A program made the translations under genes and the position numbers. Under the pieces are notes generated by a model that saw only the letters and a program-made list of their open reading frames with translations, was not told the origin of the DNA and did not search any database. From Candidatus Peregrinibacteria bacterium (GTDB taxonomy: Bacteria > Patescibacteriota > Gracilibacteria > UBA1369), in the NCBI GenBank assembly GCA_963708185.1, contig OY970195.1:384001-448000 (forward strand): a stretch of 64,000 nucleotides of DNA, read 5' to 3'. The number at the start of each line of letters is the position of its first letter. Within the stretch, counting starts at the first letter, position 1. Positions 9,655 through 19,119 of the stretch are shown piece by piece.

Positions 9655-10986
9655 ATGGATACGAAAAAATTGGTACCTCTTGTGGTGCTGTTGGGTTTTC
9701 TTTCCGGCGTCGCCGGGGGATTTGTTTCCCAGAACCTTGTGGTCAGCAGGCTGGGAGGTTTTGGAGTGCCGTCCTCTCCGACGCAGCAACAGGCAGTTGA
9801 ACAAAAAAGCTACGTTGAGGAATCTCAGGCCATCGACGCGACGAAGAAAGCCGGCGCTTCGGTCGTTTCGATCGTGGCTTCCGAGGACCTGAAGATCTAC
9901 AACAATCCTCAGTCTTATGACTCCAACAGTCCGTTCAACGATCCTTTCTTTTTCAGTTTCCCCGGTTTTAACCAGCCGGCGCCCGACACCAATCAGCAAA
10001 ACCAGCAGGGAAACAGCGGAGGATCTTCGCAGAACTATCAGGTCCAGAAACAGAAAGTCGGTGGAGGTTCCGGATTCATCATCAGTGAGGATGGGCTTGT
10101 TTTGACCAACCGTCATGTGATCTCCGATCAGAACGTCGAATATACCATCATCACCAACGATGGTACCGAATACGACGGAGAGGTGGTGAGCATTGATCCT
10201 TTCAGCGATATTGCGGTTCTTCAGATGGTGACCAAGGGAGAGCTGAGCAAGAAAAAAGAGGACCGCACGAAACTGAGCGGACTTCCGGTGATCGTATTCG
10301 GCGATTCGTCGCAGCTCCAGTCAGGACAGAAAGTTCTGGCGATCGGGTACGCGCTGGGTCAGTATGAGAATACGGTGACTGAAGGCATTATCAGCGGGAA
10401 AGGCCGTCAGATTACCGCCGATGATCCTTCACGCGGTCCGGAAACGCTTTCGGACCTGCTCCAGACCGATGCCGCCATCAATCCCGGGAACAGCGGCGGT
10501 CCTCTCGTCAATCTTGACGGACAGGTGGTCGGAGTCAACGTCGCCATCGATCAGACGGGCAGCAACATAGGTTTTGCCATTCCTATCAACGACGTGAAAC
10601 CTGTTCTGGCCAGTATCCAGAAGTATGGGCGTATTGTCCGTGCCACCCTTGGCGTCCGTCATATTATTTTGACCAAGGAAAAGGCCAAACAGCTCCAGAT
10701 TGACGTAGATCACGGCGCTTTGCTGACGGGGGATGAAGCCAACGGTGAGTTCGCGGTCATTCCCGGAAGTGCCGCGGATAAAGCCGGACTCAAGATCAAA
10801 GACGTTATTTTGAGTGTTGACGGGAAAGATATCACGACCGATTACACCCTTCAGGATGCGATCATGACCAAACAGCCCGGAGATACCATTGATATGCAGG
10901 TATGGAGAAGCGGAAAGACCATTGACGTCAAAGCCACTTTGACCGAAGCCAAAGATGAAGCGGCGACGATCAACGCGAAGGCCTGA
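9655..10986 (+). CDS. htrA: HtrA/DegP-family serine protease with PDZ domain
   Basis: GSGFII, LTNRHV, DIAVL, QTDAAINPGNSGGPL, C-terminal PDZ. Confidence 0.97.
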   Translation: MDTKKLVPLVVLLGFLSGVAGGFVSQNLVVSRLGGFGVPSSPTQQQAVEQKSYVEESQAIDATKKAGASVVSIVASEDLKIYNNPQSYDSNSPFNDPFFFSFPGFNQPAPDTNQQNQQGNSGGSSQNYQVQKQKVGGGSGFIISEDGLVLTNRHVISDQNVEYTIITNDGTEYDGEVVSIDPFSDIAVLQMVTKGELSKKKEDRTKLSGLPVIVFGDSSQLQSGQKVLAIGYALGQYENTVTEGIISGKGRQITADDPSRGPETLSDLLQTDAAINPGNSGGPLVNLDGQVVGVNVAIDQTGSNIGFAIPINDVKPVLASIQKYGRIVRATLGVRHIILTKEKAKQLQIDVDHGALLTGDEANGEFAVIPGSAADKAGLKIKDVILSVDGKDITTDYTLQDAIMTKQPGDTIDMQVWRSGKTIDVKATLTEAKDEAATINAKA

Positions 10987-11004
10987 TACTTTTAATTTAC
11001 AACC

Positions 11005-11040
11005 AAACGGCCTCCCCATTCTGCCGGGGAGGCCGTTTTT
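11005..11040 (+). terminator. Intrinsic terminator
   Basis: aaacggcctcccc-attctgcc-ggggaggccgtttt. Confidence 0.88.
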
Positions 11041-11120
11041 GTGCCGCTGGAATATCGTCTTGAGATTTTTTCGTAATTCGCTAAAATGGGTGAGCTTTTG
11101 GCGAAAGAGTTTCACGTCGT

Positions 11121-11207
11121 GCGCGGGTGGCGAAACTGGCAGACGCACTACCTTGAGGTGGTAGCGCCCGCAAGGGCATGGAGGTTCAAGTCCTCTCCCG
11201 CGCACCA
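11121..11207 (+). tRNA. tRNA-Leu(GAG)
   Basis: GCGCGGG acceptor stem / CCCGCGC-A-CCA, anticodon arm ctacc-ttGAGgt-ggtag, long variable arm, GGTTCAAGTCC T-arm. Confidence 0.97.
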
Positions 11208-11210
11208 GGA

Positions 11211-11625
11211 TCATTCATCGGAATGGTCTTTTTTTTCACGGAGTTTTTTCCGCAATTTTTCATCCAGGACGCACATTTCTTCGTCGTTATATCCGAAGTA
11301 GTGGGCGATTTCGTGCATGAGGACTTCCTGGATGAGATTTTTCAGCTTCTCCCAGGTCCCGAGAGTTCCGGACGATGGGTTCCTGGAAGATGCTTATTTT
11401 ACTCGGCTGGTCGCCCATTGTGGCCTGCCCCCACTGCGGTTTGGGGACGCCGTCAAAAAGTCCCAGCAGATTCCCGTGAACCCGGGCTCTCTGGAGTTGG
11501 GCGGCGGTGGGGTTTCTTTCGATGCGGATGGAAACATTTTGCATTTCGAACTTGAAGTGCACCGGGATGTTTTTCCAGGCGTCCGTGAGAAGGTCTTCGA
11601 ACTGTTCGTCGGTTATTTCGAGCAT
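11211..11625 (-). CDS. Zincin-like metallopeptidase (DUF1025-like), 1-nt frameshift at ~11345
   Basis: MLEITDEQFEDLL...LLGLFDGVP...PSKISIFQEPI; after the shift LKNLIQEVLMHEIAHYFG (HExxH). Confidence 0.88.
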
Positions 11626-11635
11626 GTTTTGCGGT

Positions 11636-12099
11636 CTATTGTTTCTGTTGTTTTTTGAGCTTGCGTTGGCAGTCCTGACATAATCCCATGAATTCGAGGT
11701 AGTGGGAGTCCACGCGGAATTTTTTCCGGGTCTCGATTTTTTTTTCGAGTTTGGACATGTCTTCTCCTTCGATTTCATCGATTTTGTGACAGTTCCTGCA
11801 GAGGAGGTAATGATGACAGCGGACTTTTTTCCCGCCGAATTCGTCGGTATTGCAATGGATGTAGCCGTTGACGGCAAGCACTTTGTGCACGAGCGAGAGT
11901 TTCTCAAGGGTTTCAAGCACGCGGTAGATCGTTACGACGTCAGCCTTGATCTTTCTTTTTTTGAGAAGATCGCGCATGTCGTAGGGAGAAAGCGCCTTGT
12001 CGGTCTTGGCGAGAAGTTCGATGATGGTTTTGCGCTGTTCGGTGATCTTGAGCCGGCCTCCTTGAGCGCTTTTAAGGCAAAAGCTGTGTAGTGTTTCAT
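11636..12099 (-). CDS. Fur-family transcriptional regulator (Zur-like), 1-nt frameshift at ~12052
   Basis: MKHYTAFALKALKEAG|LKITEQRKTIIELL...TIYRVLETLEKLSLV...HHYLLCRNC...GLCQDC. Confidence 0.9.
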
Positions 12100-12176
12100 G
12101 AAATATTTATAAATCGGATATTATTTATACCATAGTTTGGATTTGCAGGACATAGCGGTTGTTCTATAATGTTGAT

Positions 12177-13088
12177 ATGTTTGCATTCCCGAGTCAGTTC
12201 AACGACGCACTTACCATTTTTCTGGGGATCATCGTCCAGGCAATTCCTTTTTTGCTTATCGGTGTCATCGTCTCGGCGTTATTAGCCCATTTTGTTCGGG
12301 AAGAATGGCTGCTTCGTCTTATTCCCAAGAACCGTTTCGGAGCCGTTCTGGTCGCTTGCGGCCTTGGGTTCTTGTTCCCGGTATGCGAATGCGGAAACGT
12401 TCCCGTGGCGAGACGGTTTATCCAAAAAGGAGTATCACCAGCCGTCGCTTTGACTTTTTTGCTTTCGGCTCCAGCCTTGAACCCGGTCGTCATTTTTGCC
12501 ACGTGGGCCGCTTTTAAAAATCAGCCGGAGGTTTTGTTGTTCCGAGTCGTTTTCACTTTCGTGATCGCTGCGGGCATCGGTCTTCTCTTCAGTTTCCATC
12601 CAAAGCAGGAAACTCTGCTCGCGAAACACGATTTTTTCCATAAAGACACCCTGAAATGCGACTGTTTTCACGGGAAGCATGTCTCAAAGTTTTTCAGTTT
12701 TTTTTCGACGGTCGTTCATGAATTCCTGGAGATGCTCTCGATTTTGGCTTTCGGTGCTTTTTTGGCATCTTTTCTGCAGGTCGTTATTCCGAGGGATTTG
12801 CTTTTGATCGTCGGCAAAGGGCCCATCCTTTCGGTCATCGCCATGGTGGCTTTTGCGTTTCTCCTTTCCGTTTGCGCCAACGTGGACGCTTTTATTGCAC
12901 TTTCCTATTCAAATTTGTTTACCGTTGGTTCACTCGTGGGGTTTTTGACTTTTGGTCCGATGATCGACCTCAAAAGCCTTTTTATGTTCAAGACGACCTT
13001 TACTTGGAGGACGATTGGTTTCGTCGCTTTGCTGGCGTTGCTTTTGACGTTCCTGTTTTGTTTCGGACTTAACGTGTTTCTTTATTGA
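12177..13088 (+). CDS. Permease DUF318 (YcgR-like)
   Basis: FPVCECGNVPVARR, FLLSAPALNPVV, LSVCANVDAFIA, FGPMIDLK. Confidence 0.92.
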   Translation: MFAFPSQFNDALTIFLGIIVQAIPFLLIGVIVSALLAHFVREEWLLRLIPKNRFGAVLVACGLGFLFPVCECGNVPVARRFIQKGVSPAVALTFLLSAPALNPVVIFATWAAFKNQPEVLLFRVVFTFVIAAGIGLLFSFHPKQETLLAKHDFFHKDTLKCDCFHGKHVSKFFSFFSTVVHEFLEMLSILAFGAFLASFLQVVIPRDLLLIVGKGPILSVIAMVAFAFLLSVCANVDAFIALSYSNLFTVGSLVGFLTFGPMIDLKSLFMFKTTFTWRTIGFVALLALLLTFLFCFGLNVFLY

Positions 13089-13093
13089 TTTTG

Positions 13094-13852
13094 ATGAAAA
13101 TGCATCTGAAAAAAGTTATTCATAGTGTTCTTCCTCCCTTGCTGACGATCGGCTACGGGGCGTATCTGCTCTGGCTTTTTTTTTCAAAGAAGCTGTTCCT
13201 TTTTGTCCAGCAAAATTATATTTATTTGAGCTTGGTCAGCGGGCTTTTTCTGCTTTTTACCGGAGTCGTGGGAATGTACCATCTTGTCGTAGAACTTAAG
13301 CGGCGCCGTGAGGAAGATGCTTTGGATGTCACGCATGAAGGGTCATTGTATTTTGTTGTTTTGATCATTCCGCTGCTTTTGGCTTTTCTGGTTCCACTGA
13401 AGCCGCTTTCCAGTGCAACTGCCGCGTTGAGAAGCGGAGGCATCAATACCGATGCGGCTTATACGGCTCCGCAGCGAAATATCTCGATGTTCGACGTTGA
13501 TACGACAAACCGGACTATCGTTGATTGGATTCAGCTTTTTACCCAAGATCCGGAACCCGACCGTTATAAAGGCCTCAAGGTGAAACTGGATGGATTTGTC
13601 CTTCGTGACAGCAGTCTTCCCGAGAATTATTTCCTTGTTTCCAGGTTCGTCATCTCATGCTGTGCGGCGGACGCCAGACCGGTCGGTATTCCCGTACATT
13701 TTGATCCTGCGAAATGGCAACTGAAGAACGACGATTGGGTCGAAGTCACCGGGACGCTCGACGCTGCAGAGATTCTTCAGGATCGGCAGCCGGTGGTCGA
13801 AGCCGAAAAGATACAACCTATTCCTGTGCCCGATAATCCCTATGCAAACTAA
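13094..13852 (+). CDS. TIGR03943/YcgQ-family permease subunit
   Basis: Three TMs, then SRFVISCCAADA and DDWVEVTG, ending P..P.NPY. Confidence 0.92.
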   Translation: MKMHLKKVIHSVLPPLLTIGYGAYLLWLFFSKKLFLFVQQNYIYLSLVSGLFLLFTGVVGMYHLVVELKRRREEDALDVTHEGSLYFVVLIIPLLLAFLVPLKPLSSATAALRSGGINTDAAYTAPQRNISMFDVDTTNRTIVDWIQLFTQDPEPDRYKGLKVKLDGFVLRDSSLPENYFLVSRFVISCCAADARPVGIPVHFDPAKWQLKNDDWVEVTGTLDAAEILQDRQPVVEAEKIQPIPVPDNPYAN

Positions 13853-15305
13853 ACGACTCACCATTCAGCAGTTTTTCGGCAGGTTGGCCACGTTGCTCGT
13901 GCTCCTGGCGATGGCGTGCGTCGTCCTGATCGTCGTCGGATTGAATGCGCCTCCCCGTGTCCTCGGGTATCAGTTGCTTCTGCCTTCCCAGGGAAGTACG
14001 CTGACTCAGATTGTTATTACTTTCAACCGCCCGATGGACCGTCATTCCGTTGAGGGTGGATTCGAGATCACGCCTCAGGTTTCGGGAAAGTACAGCTGGT
14101 CGGGTCGCTCGTTCGTTTTTACACCGGATGAGACCCTTCAGTACGACCAGCATTTCGAGGTGAAACTCTCCGCGAACGCCGTTGACGAGGACGGCCGGCA
14201 TCTTTCGGAAGATATGCGTTATGTTTTTAATACCCCGCAGCTGCAGTTTGTGTACGTCGGGGTGGATGGGGACGAAGCGGGGCGACTGGTTTTGAGTGAT
14301 TTTGACGGAAAAGAAAGAGATATTCTGACCCCTGAAGGTCTCCACATCGACAAGTTCGCCGTGACCAATGACCGTCATGAGATTTATTGTCTCGGGTACA
14401 CGGAAATCGTTGCTACGAATCACCGCGATGAACTTTACACCTTCAATTTGCAGACAAAAGAGTTTCATCAGCTCACCGATGACGCCAATTTCCTCAACAA
14501 AGATTTTTTCCTTGATCCGACGGGTAAACATCTTTTACTTTCCAGGGTTCAGGTCAGTCCCGCCGGGGTTTACCTGACAAAGCAGGAAGCATGGATAGCT
14601 TCAACCTCCGACAATGTTTTTCATAAGTTTTTGAACGGTGACGCGGTCGGTACCACTATGTTTTCTCCGGACGGTTCGTACATCCTTTACAAGAACCTTG
14701 ACGGGAATTACGAGGTGGCCAAAGTTGACGCACAGGATGACAAAGCTTCCGTGTTCGTGGGGAATTATGACGATTCTTACGGCTTTCATCCTTTCAAGCC
14801 TCTTTTGATCTTCAACCGCTATGATACGACCGATCTTTTTTCCATGAATAATTTCATGTTCCTGTTTTCGGGAAACGGCAGCGTTCAAAAAATCGATTTT
14901 CAGCAGCCCGGTCTATCCCGTGATACGGTATTTTTGCCCAACGGAAAGGGTTTTGTCACCATTTTTTCCAAAAAGGACGAAGCTTTCGACGACAAGGACT
15001 CTTTTTATCCGCTGAGGATTTTTCATGTATATTATTACGATCTGGAAAGACAGACTATGGAACAGCTCACCAGCGACATGGATTTTTCCGAGGAGGGTCA
15101 GGCGATTTCTCCGGATTCGCGCTACGTGCTCTTTCAACGCTATGAAACTTTTGGTCCTGATGTGGTCATCGATCCGGCATATCGCAGCGTTACCGACAGC
15201 CTTGGCAACGTCCAAAGCGGAGGGGAGATCTGGAGGATGGATTTGCAGACCGAGCAGCTTGTGAAACTTCCGATGAAAGGAACCGACCTGGAATTTTTGC
15301 CCTAG
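13842..15305 (+). CDS. Membrane-anchored Ig-like (Big_5) plus TolB-like beta-propeller protein
   Basis: N-terminal TM, ITFNRPMDRHSVE...SWSGRSFVFTP (Big_5), repeated SPDG/QLT motifs. Confidence 0.8.
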   Translation: MQTKRLTIQQFFGRLATLLVLLAMACVVLIVVGLNAPPRVLGYQLLLPSQGSTLTQIVITFNRPMDRHSVEGGFEITPQVSGKYSWSGRSFVFTPDETLQYDQHFEVKLSANAVDEDGRHLSEDMRYVFNTPQLQFVYVGVDGDEAGRLVLSDFDGKERDILTPEGLHIDKFAVTNDRHEIYCLGYTEIVATNHRDELYTFNLQTKEFHQLTDDANFLNKDFFLDPTGKHLLLSRVQVSPAGVYLTKQEAWIASTSDNVFHKFLNGDAVGTTMFSPDGSYILYKNLDGNYEVAKVDAQDDKASVFVGNYDDSYGFHPFKPLLIFNRYDTTDLFSMNNFMFLFSGNGSVQKIDFQQPGLSRDTVFLPNGKGFVTIFSKKDEAFDDKDSFYPLRIFHVYYYDLERQTMEQLTSDMDFSEEGQAISPDSRYVLFQRYETFGPDVVIDPAYRSVTDSLGNVQSGGEIWRMDLQTEQLVKLPMKGTDLEFLP

Positions 15306-15405
15306 TGTGAAGGTTTTATTTTGATTTTACGCTTCGTGGTGGTAACATGTTGGCAAGTTTTTTCGATGCGTCTGCGTCGTTCCAGCAAGTTACCCCGGCT
15401 GACGT

Positions 15406-16614
15406 ATGATTTTTTTTAGTCAACTGCTTCGTGTTCCAATTATCGACAGCAAACAGGAGACGGTCGGACGTCTCAAGGATGTTGTCGTAAAATCTGGGAG
15501 GGACGATTACCCTCAGGTGAGCGGTATTTTGTTCAAGCAGGGAAAGTACCTTTCTTTTATTCCCTATCAATGTATCGAAACGCTGAGCAGGGGTGAGATC
15601 ACGCTCAGCAAATCCGATTGCTGGAAAGGGAATTTCGAGCCTTCAAAAGAAGAATTTTTGCTTTCAAGGGATGTTCTTGATCAGCAGATTTTTGACGTGA
15701 AGGGGATCCGTGTCGTTCGCGCCAATGATCTGCAGATGGTCAAGATCGACGATGATTTCTCCGTCGTCGGCATTGACGTCAGCAACAAGGCGCTTTTCCG
15801 CAGGTTGGGTATCGACGGGTTTCCTTTTTTCCGACATATGGAGTCGAAGTTCATCGACTGGCATAACGTCAGTCTCGTGAAGGGCCAGGTGGGAAGTCTT
15901 CAGTTAAAGACCACCCACGAAAAACTTCAGAAACTTCATCCCGCCGACGTTGCCAACCTTATTGAAAATCTTACGCTTCCCGAAAGTACCAAGCTCGTTC
16001 AGTCCCTTGATAAAGAGACTGCCGCTGAAGTTTTGGGGGAGGTTGAACCTGAATATAAGGATACTCTTCTTGAGCGGATCAATCCTAAACTGCTTGCCAC
16101 CATCATGGAGGAAATGCCGACCGATGAAGCCGTCGACGTGTTGAAGGACCTTTCCGACCATAAAAGAGTCCAGGTGTTCAGAAGACTGGGAGTGCGCAAG
16201 GCAAAGACTCTCCATAAGCTTTCGGGCTATCGCGACGATATTGCCGGAGGTCTCATGACGTCTGAGTTCATGAGTGTGAACAGGGATTCGAGCGTCGCTC
16301 AGGCCGTCAAGGAAATTCGTAAAAAATCCGACGACTACCCGACGCTTTATCATGTCTACGTGGTGGATGACGAAAAACACCTTCAGGGTGTCGTTTCCAT
16401 CCGTACATTGTTGCTTTCATCGCCACGTAAAAAGATCGAGGAACTGATGTCGAAAGTGGTGAAGACGATCAGACTCCACACCAAAGCTGAAGACATCGCC
16501 AGACTGATGACGAAGTACGATCTTCTTTCCATGGCGGTCGTCGACCGCAGCAAAGTCATCAGGGGCATCGTGACGGTTGACGATATTCTTCGTTTACTTA
16601 TTCCTGACGCGTAA
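15406..16614 (+). CDS. PRC-barrel + MgtE N-domain + CBS-pair protein (MgtE cytosolic part, no TM domain)
   Basis: FSQLLRVPIID..VGRLKDVVV, VLDQQIFDVKG.RVVRANDL, LHPADVANL, AGGLMT, GIVTVDDIL at the C-terminus. Confidence 0.9.
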   Translation: MIFFSQLLRVPIIDSKQETVGRLKDVVVKSGRDDYPQVSGILFKQGKYLSFIPYQCIETLSRGEITLSKSDCWKGNFEPSKEEFLLSRDVLDQQIFDVKGIRVVRANDLQMVKIDDDFSVVGIDVSNKALFRRLGIDGFPFFRHMESKFIDWHNVSLVKGQVGSLQLKTTHEKLQKLHPADVANLIENLTLPESTKLVQSLDKETAAEVLGEVEPEYKDTLLERINPKLLATIMEEMPTDEAVDVLKDLSDHKRVQVFRRLGVRKAKTLHKLSGYRDDIAGGLMTSEFMSVNRDSSVAQAVKEIRKKSDDYPTLYHVYVVDDEKHLQGVVSIRTLLLSSPRKKIEELMSKVVKTIRLHTKAEDIARLMTKYDLLSMAVVDRSKVIRGIVTVDDILRLLIPDA

Positions 16615-16620
16615 TCGGTT

Positions 16621-17892
16621 ATGCAAACACTTGAGAAGGAGATCAAACCTACGCATCTCCAGAAATTCAAGATGAAATGGCTGCTGATTTTGGCGGTCAT
16701 CGGACCCGGGATTATCGCCGGGACCGCCGACAACGATGCCGGCGGCATTGCCACGTATTCCGTGACGGGCGCCAGTTTCGGTTACAAGATGTTGTGGATT
16801 CTTTTCCTCATCACGTTCGTGCTGGCCATCACCCAGGAGATGGGCGCCCGTCTCGGGTTGGTGACGGGGAAAGGCCTGGCCGCTTTGATCAGAGAAAATT
16901 TCAGTCTGAAAACGACGACGTTCGTGGTTTTGGTGACGTTCATCGCCAACTGGGCCAACATTCTCGCGGAGTATGCCGGCGTTTCCAGTGTCGCCGATAT
17001 TTACGGCGTTCCCCATTATGTCGCCATACCCTTAGCCGCCGTCTTGACGTGGTACGTGGTGTACAAAGGGTCTTTTAAATCCGTCCAGAAAATATTCCTC
17101 ACGTCATCGTTGCTCTTTTTTGCCTATATCATCGCCGGGTTTCTGGCGCATCCCGACTGGGGTGACGTTTTGAAAGGGACCTTCGTGCCCCAGATTGAAT
17201 GGTCCGCGAATTTTTTCTACACTGCGGTGGCTTTGATCGGTACGACGATTACCGCCTGGGGGCAGTTTTTCGTCCAGTCCTATTACGTGGACAAAGGCGT
17301 GGCTTCCGAACATTTGAACTATTCGCGTTGGGATGTTTTCGCCGGAGCTTTTTGGACGAACTTCGTGGCGTTTTTCATCGTCCTTGCCACGGCGGCGACG
17401 CTCTACAAAGCGGGAATCAACATCACCGATGCCGGGCAGGCGGCGGTCGCGCTTGAACCTTTTGTCGGAGCGTTTGCCAAACATCTTTTCGCCTGGGGAC
17501 TTCTCAACGCTTCGCTGCTCGGACTGGCGGTGGTTTCCATGACTTCCTCCTACGTTGTGACCGAAGCTTTCGGCTGGGAAGGTCGTGTCGACCTGAAACA
17601 GGAATCCCCGGCTTTTTACGGAATTTTCGCTTTCTGTATTTTTTCGGCGGCTTTGGCCATACTTCTTCCGGGATTGCCGCTCGTTGATATCCTCGTTGGT
17701 TCGCAGATGCTCAATACGTTCGTCCTGCCGGTGCTGTTTATTGCCATTCTTGTCCTTTTGAACCGGGAAAGTCTGATGGGGAAGTTCAAGAACACGCTTT
17801 TCGTGAACGTCGTTTCATGGATTTCGGTCGTTTTCGTCACCTTGATGGCCGGGACGCTGCTTGTGATGACCTTTTCGAATTTCGGACATTAA
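16621..17892 (+). CDS. NRAMP-family divalent cation transporter (NRMT/Mg-type clade)
   Basis: GPGII...DNDAGGIATYS..GA.FGY, QEMGARLG.VTGKGL, GTTITAW. Confidence 0.9.
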   Translation: MQTLEKEIKPTHLQKFKMKWLLILAVIGPGIIAGTADNDAGGIATYSVTGASFGYKMLWILFLITFVLAITQEMGARLGLVTGKGLAALIRENFSLKTTTFVVLVTFIANWANILAEYAGVSSVADIYGVPHYVAIPLAAVLTWYVVYKGSFKSVQKIFLTSSLLFFAYIIAGFLAHPDWGDVLKGTFVPQIEWSANFFYTAVALIGTTITAWGQFFVQSYYVDKGVASEHLNYSRWDVFAGAFWTNFVAFFIVLATAATLYKAGINITDAGQAAVALEPFVGAFAKHLFAWGLLNASLLGLAVVSMTSSYVVTEAFGWEGRVDLKQESPAFYGIFAFCIFSAALAILLPGLPLVDILVGSQMLNTFVLPVLFIAILVLLNRESLMGKFKNTLFVNVVSWISVVFVTLMAGTLLVMTFSNFGH

Positions 17893-17944
17893 AATCTTGA
17901 AATGGGCATGGGCATGTGATACTTTTCCTTCGCTTTTTACGCAT

Positions 17945-18020
17945 GGACGCTTAGCTCAGTTGGTAGAGCATCTCGTTTACACCGAGAGGGTCGGGGGTTC
18001 GAGCCCCTCAGCGTCCACCA
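17945..18020 (+). tRNA. tRNA-Val(TAC)
   Basis: GGACGCT-TAGCTCAGTTGGTAGAGC, anticodon arm tctcg-ttTACac-cgaga, GGTTCGAGCCC, ends ACCA. Confidence 0.97.
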
Positions 18021-18034
18021 GGACACATTGTAAG

Positions 18035-18065
18035 AAAAAACCCCGCTTTTGGACGGGGCTTTTTT
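18035..18065. terminator. Intrinsic terminator between convergent units
   Basis: aaaaaa-ccccg-cttttgga-cgggg-ctttttt. Confidence 0.7.
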
Positions 18066-18086
18066 GTGACTCGCGATGTTGGTTGA

Positions 18087-19052
18087 TCAGATGGTGGGGA
18101 CTTCGATGGGAGGTTTGACGATAATGGTCCCTTTCATCGTAGGATGGATCGTGCAGTGGTAGGTGAAGGTCCCGTTATTGTTGTAGGTGTGGAAAAAGGT
18201 TTGTCCGGGCTGGATCGTTCCGCTGAAAAACGATTGATCGTCGCTCATGACGGTGTGGGCTACCGAGTCTTTGTTGATCCATTCCACGGTTGTTCCGGTG
18301 CCGATGGTCATGCTGTCTTTGACGAAGGCCATGTCCTGGATATTGACCACCAACGTTAAAGGTCCGTTCGACGTTTGTTGGGTTTGTTGCTGCGTCTGTT
18401 GATTCTGCTGGTTGGAGGAAGTGTTGTGGATCGAGTTGTAGAGAAGTTGCGCCAGTTTTCCGCGGGTCATGCCTTGTGCCGGGGAAATCATGTTGTTGGC
18501 GTTTCCGGAAATCCATTGCTGTTCTTTGGCGTACTCGACGTATTTCGCGTACCATTGATTGGCAAAAGCGTCGGCGAAAGGATTGCTGACCACCACGATG
18601 CGATCGAGGTTGATGTTTTTGGTATTGATGAGCATCTTGAGGTTTTCAACCAGATTGACGGTCTGGGTTGGTTTGAATGTGCCGTCAGGGTAGCCGTTGA
18701 CGACACCGAGGCTTTTCGCCTTCAAAAGATATTTCGCGTACCATTCGGTTGCTAGAGTGTCGCTGAATCCTCCGGTGCCGGTATTGTCGGGAACAACCAC
18801 GCTTGCCCCAAGAAGAATGATTTTCAAGGCTTCGACTCTGTTGACGGTCTGGGTTGGTTTGAATGTGCCGTCAGGATAGCCGTCAATGATACCGCGAGCT
18901 TTCAAGTCCATGATAGCGGTATAGTTCGGGTGGCTCACAGGGACGTCACTAAATCCGCTTGTTTGCGCCATGGTCGTGGCGACCGATATCGGCAGGGTCA
19001 GCATGAGGATGGCACCTGCCGCGATGCCCGCAAGGGTTTGTTTTCCTTTCAT
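18087..19052 (-). CDS. Secreted S-layer homology (SLH) protein with C-terminal cupredoxin (type 1 Cu) domain
   Basis: Signal peptide, SLH repeats (FSDVP, GIIDGYPDGTFKP...VNRVE), Q-rich linker, W.NKDSVAHTV...YHCTIHPTMKG. Confidence 0.92.
   Translation of the reverse strand: MKGKQTLAGIAAGAILMLTLPISVATTMAQTSGFSDVPVSHPNYTAIMDLKARGIIDGYPDGTFKPTQTVNRVEALKIILLGASVVVPDNTGTGGFSDTLATEWYAKYLLKAKSLGVVNGYPDGTFKPTQTVNLVENLKMLINTKNINLDRIVVVSNPFADAFANQWYAKYVEYAKEQQWISGNANNMISPAQGMTRGKLAQLLYNSIHNTSSNQQNQQTQQQTQQTSNGPLTLVVNIQDMAFVKDSMTIGTGTTVEWINKDSVAHTVMSDDQSFFSGTIQPGQTFFHTYNNNGTFTYHCTIHPTMKGTIIVKPPIEVPTI
18655..18883. repeat. Intragenic direct repeat, 35 bp identical (43 bp with 1 mismatch), 186 bp apart
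   Basis: ttgacggtctgggttggtttgaatgtgccgtcagg at 18655-18689 and 18841-18875. Confidence 0.9.
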
Positions 19053-19119
19053 AGAGTGATCAAAAAGATATAAGGCTTATCTATGATCCTATCCTATATC
19101 TTGATGATTGTGAATTTTT

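Noticed and set aside
10984-10986. UGA recoding to Gly (code 25, as in some Gracilibacteria)
   Set aside because: TGA ends htrA just before a terminator and ends dcd and ruvX at expected lengths; conserved genes show no in-frame TGA
11121-18020. Integrated island bounded by tRNA-Leu and tRNA-Val
   Set aside because: No integrase, no duplicated tRNA 3' end seen, and composition resembles the flanks
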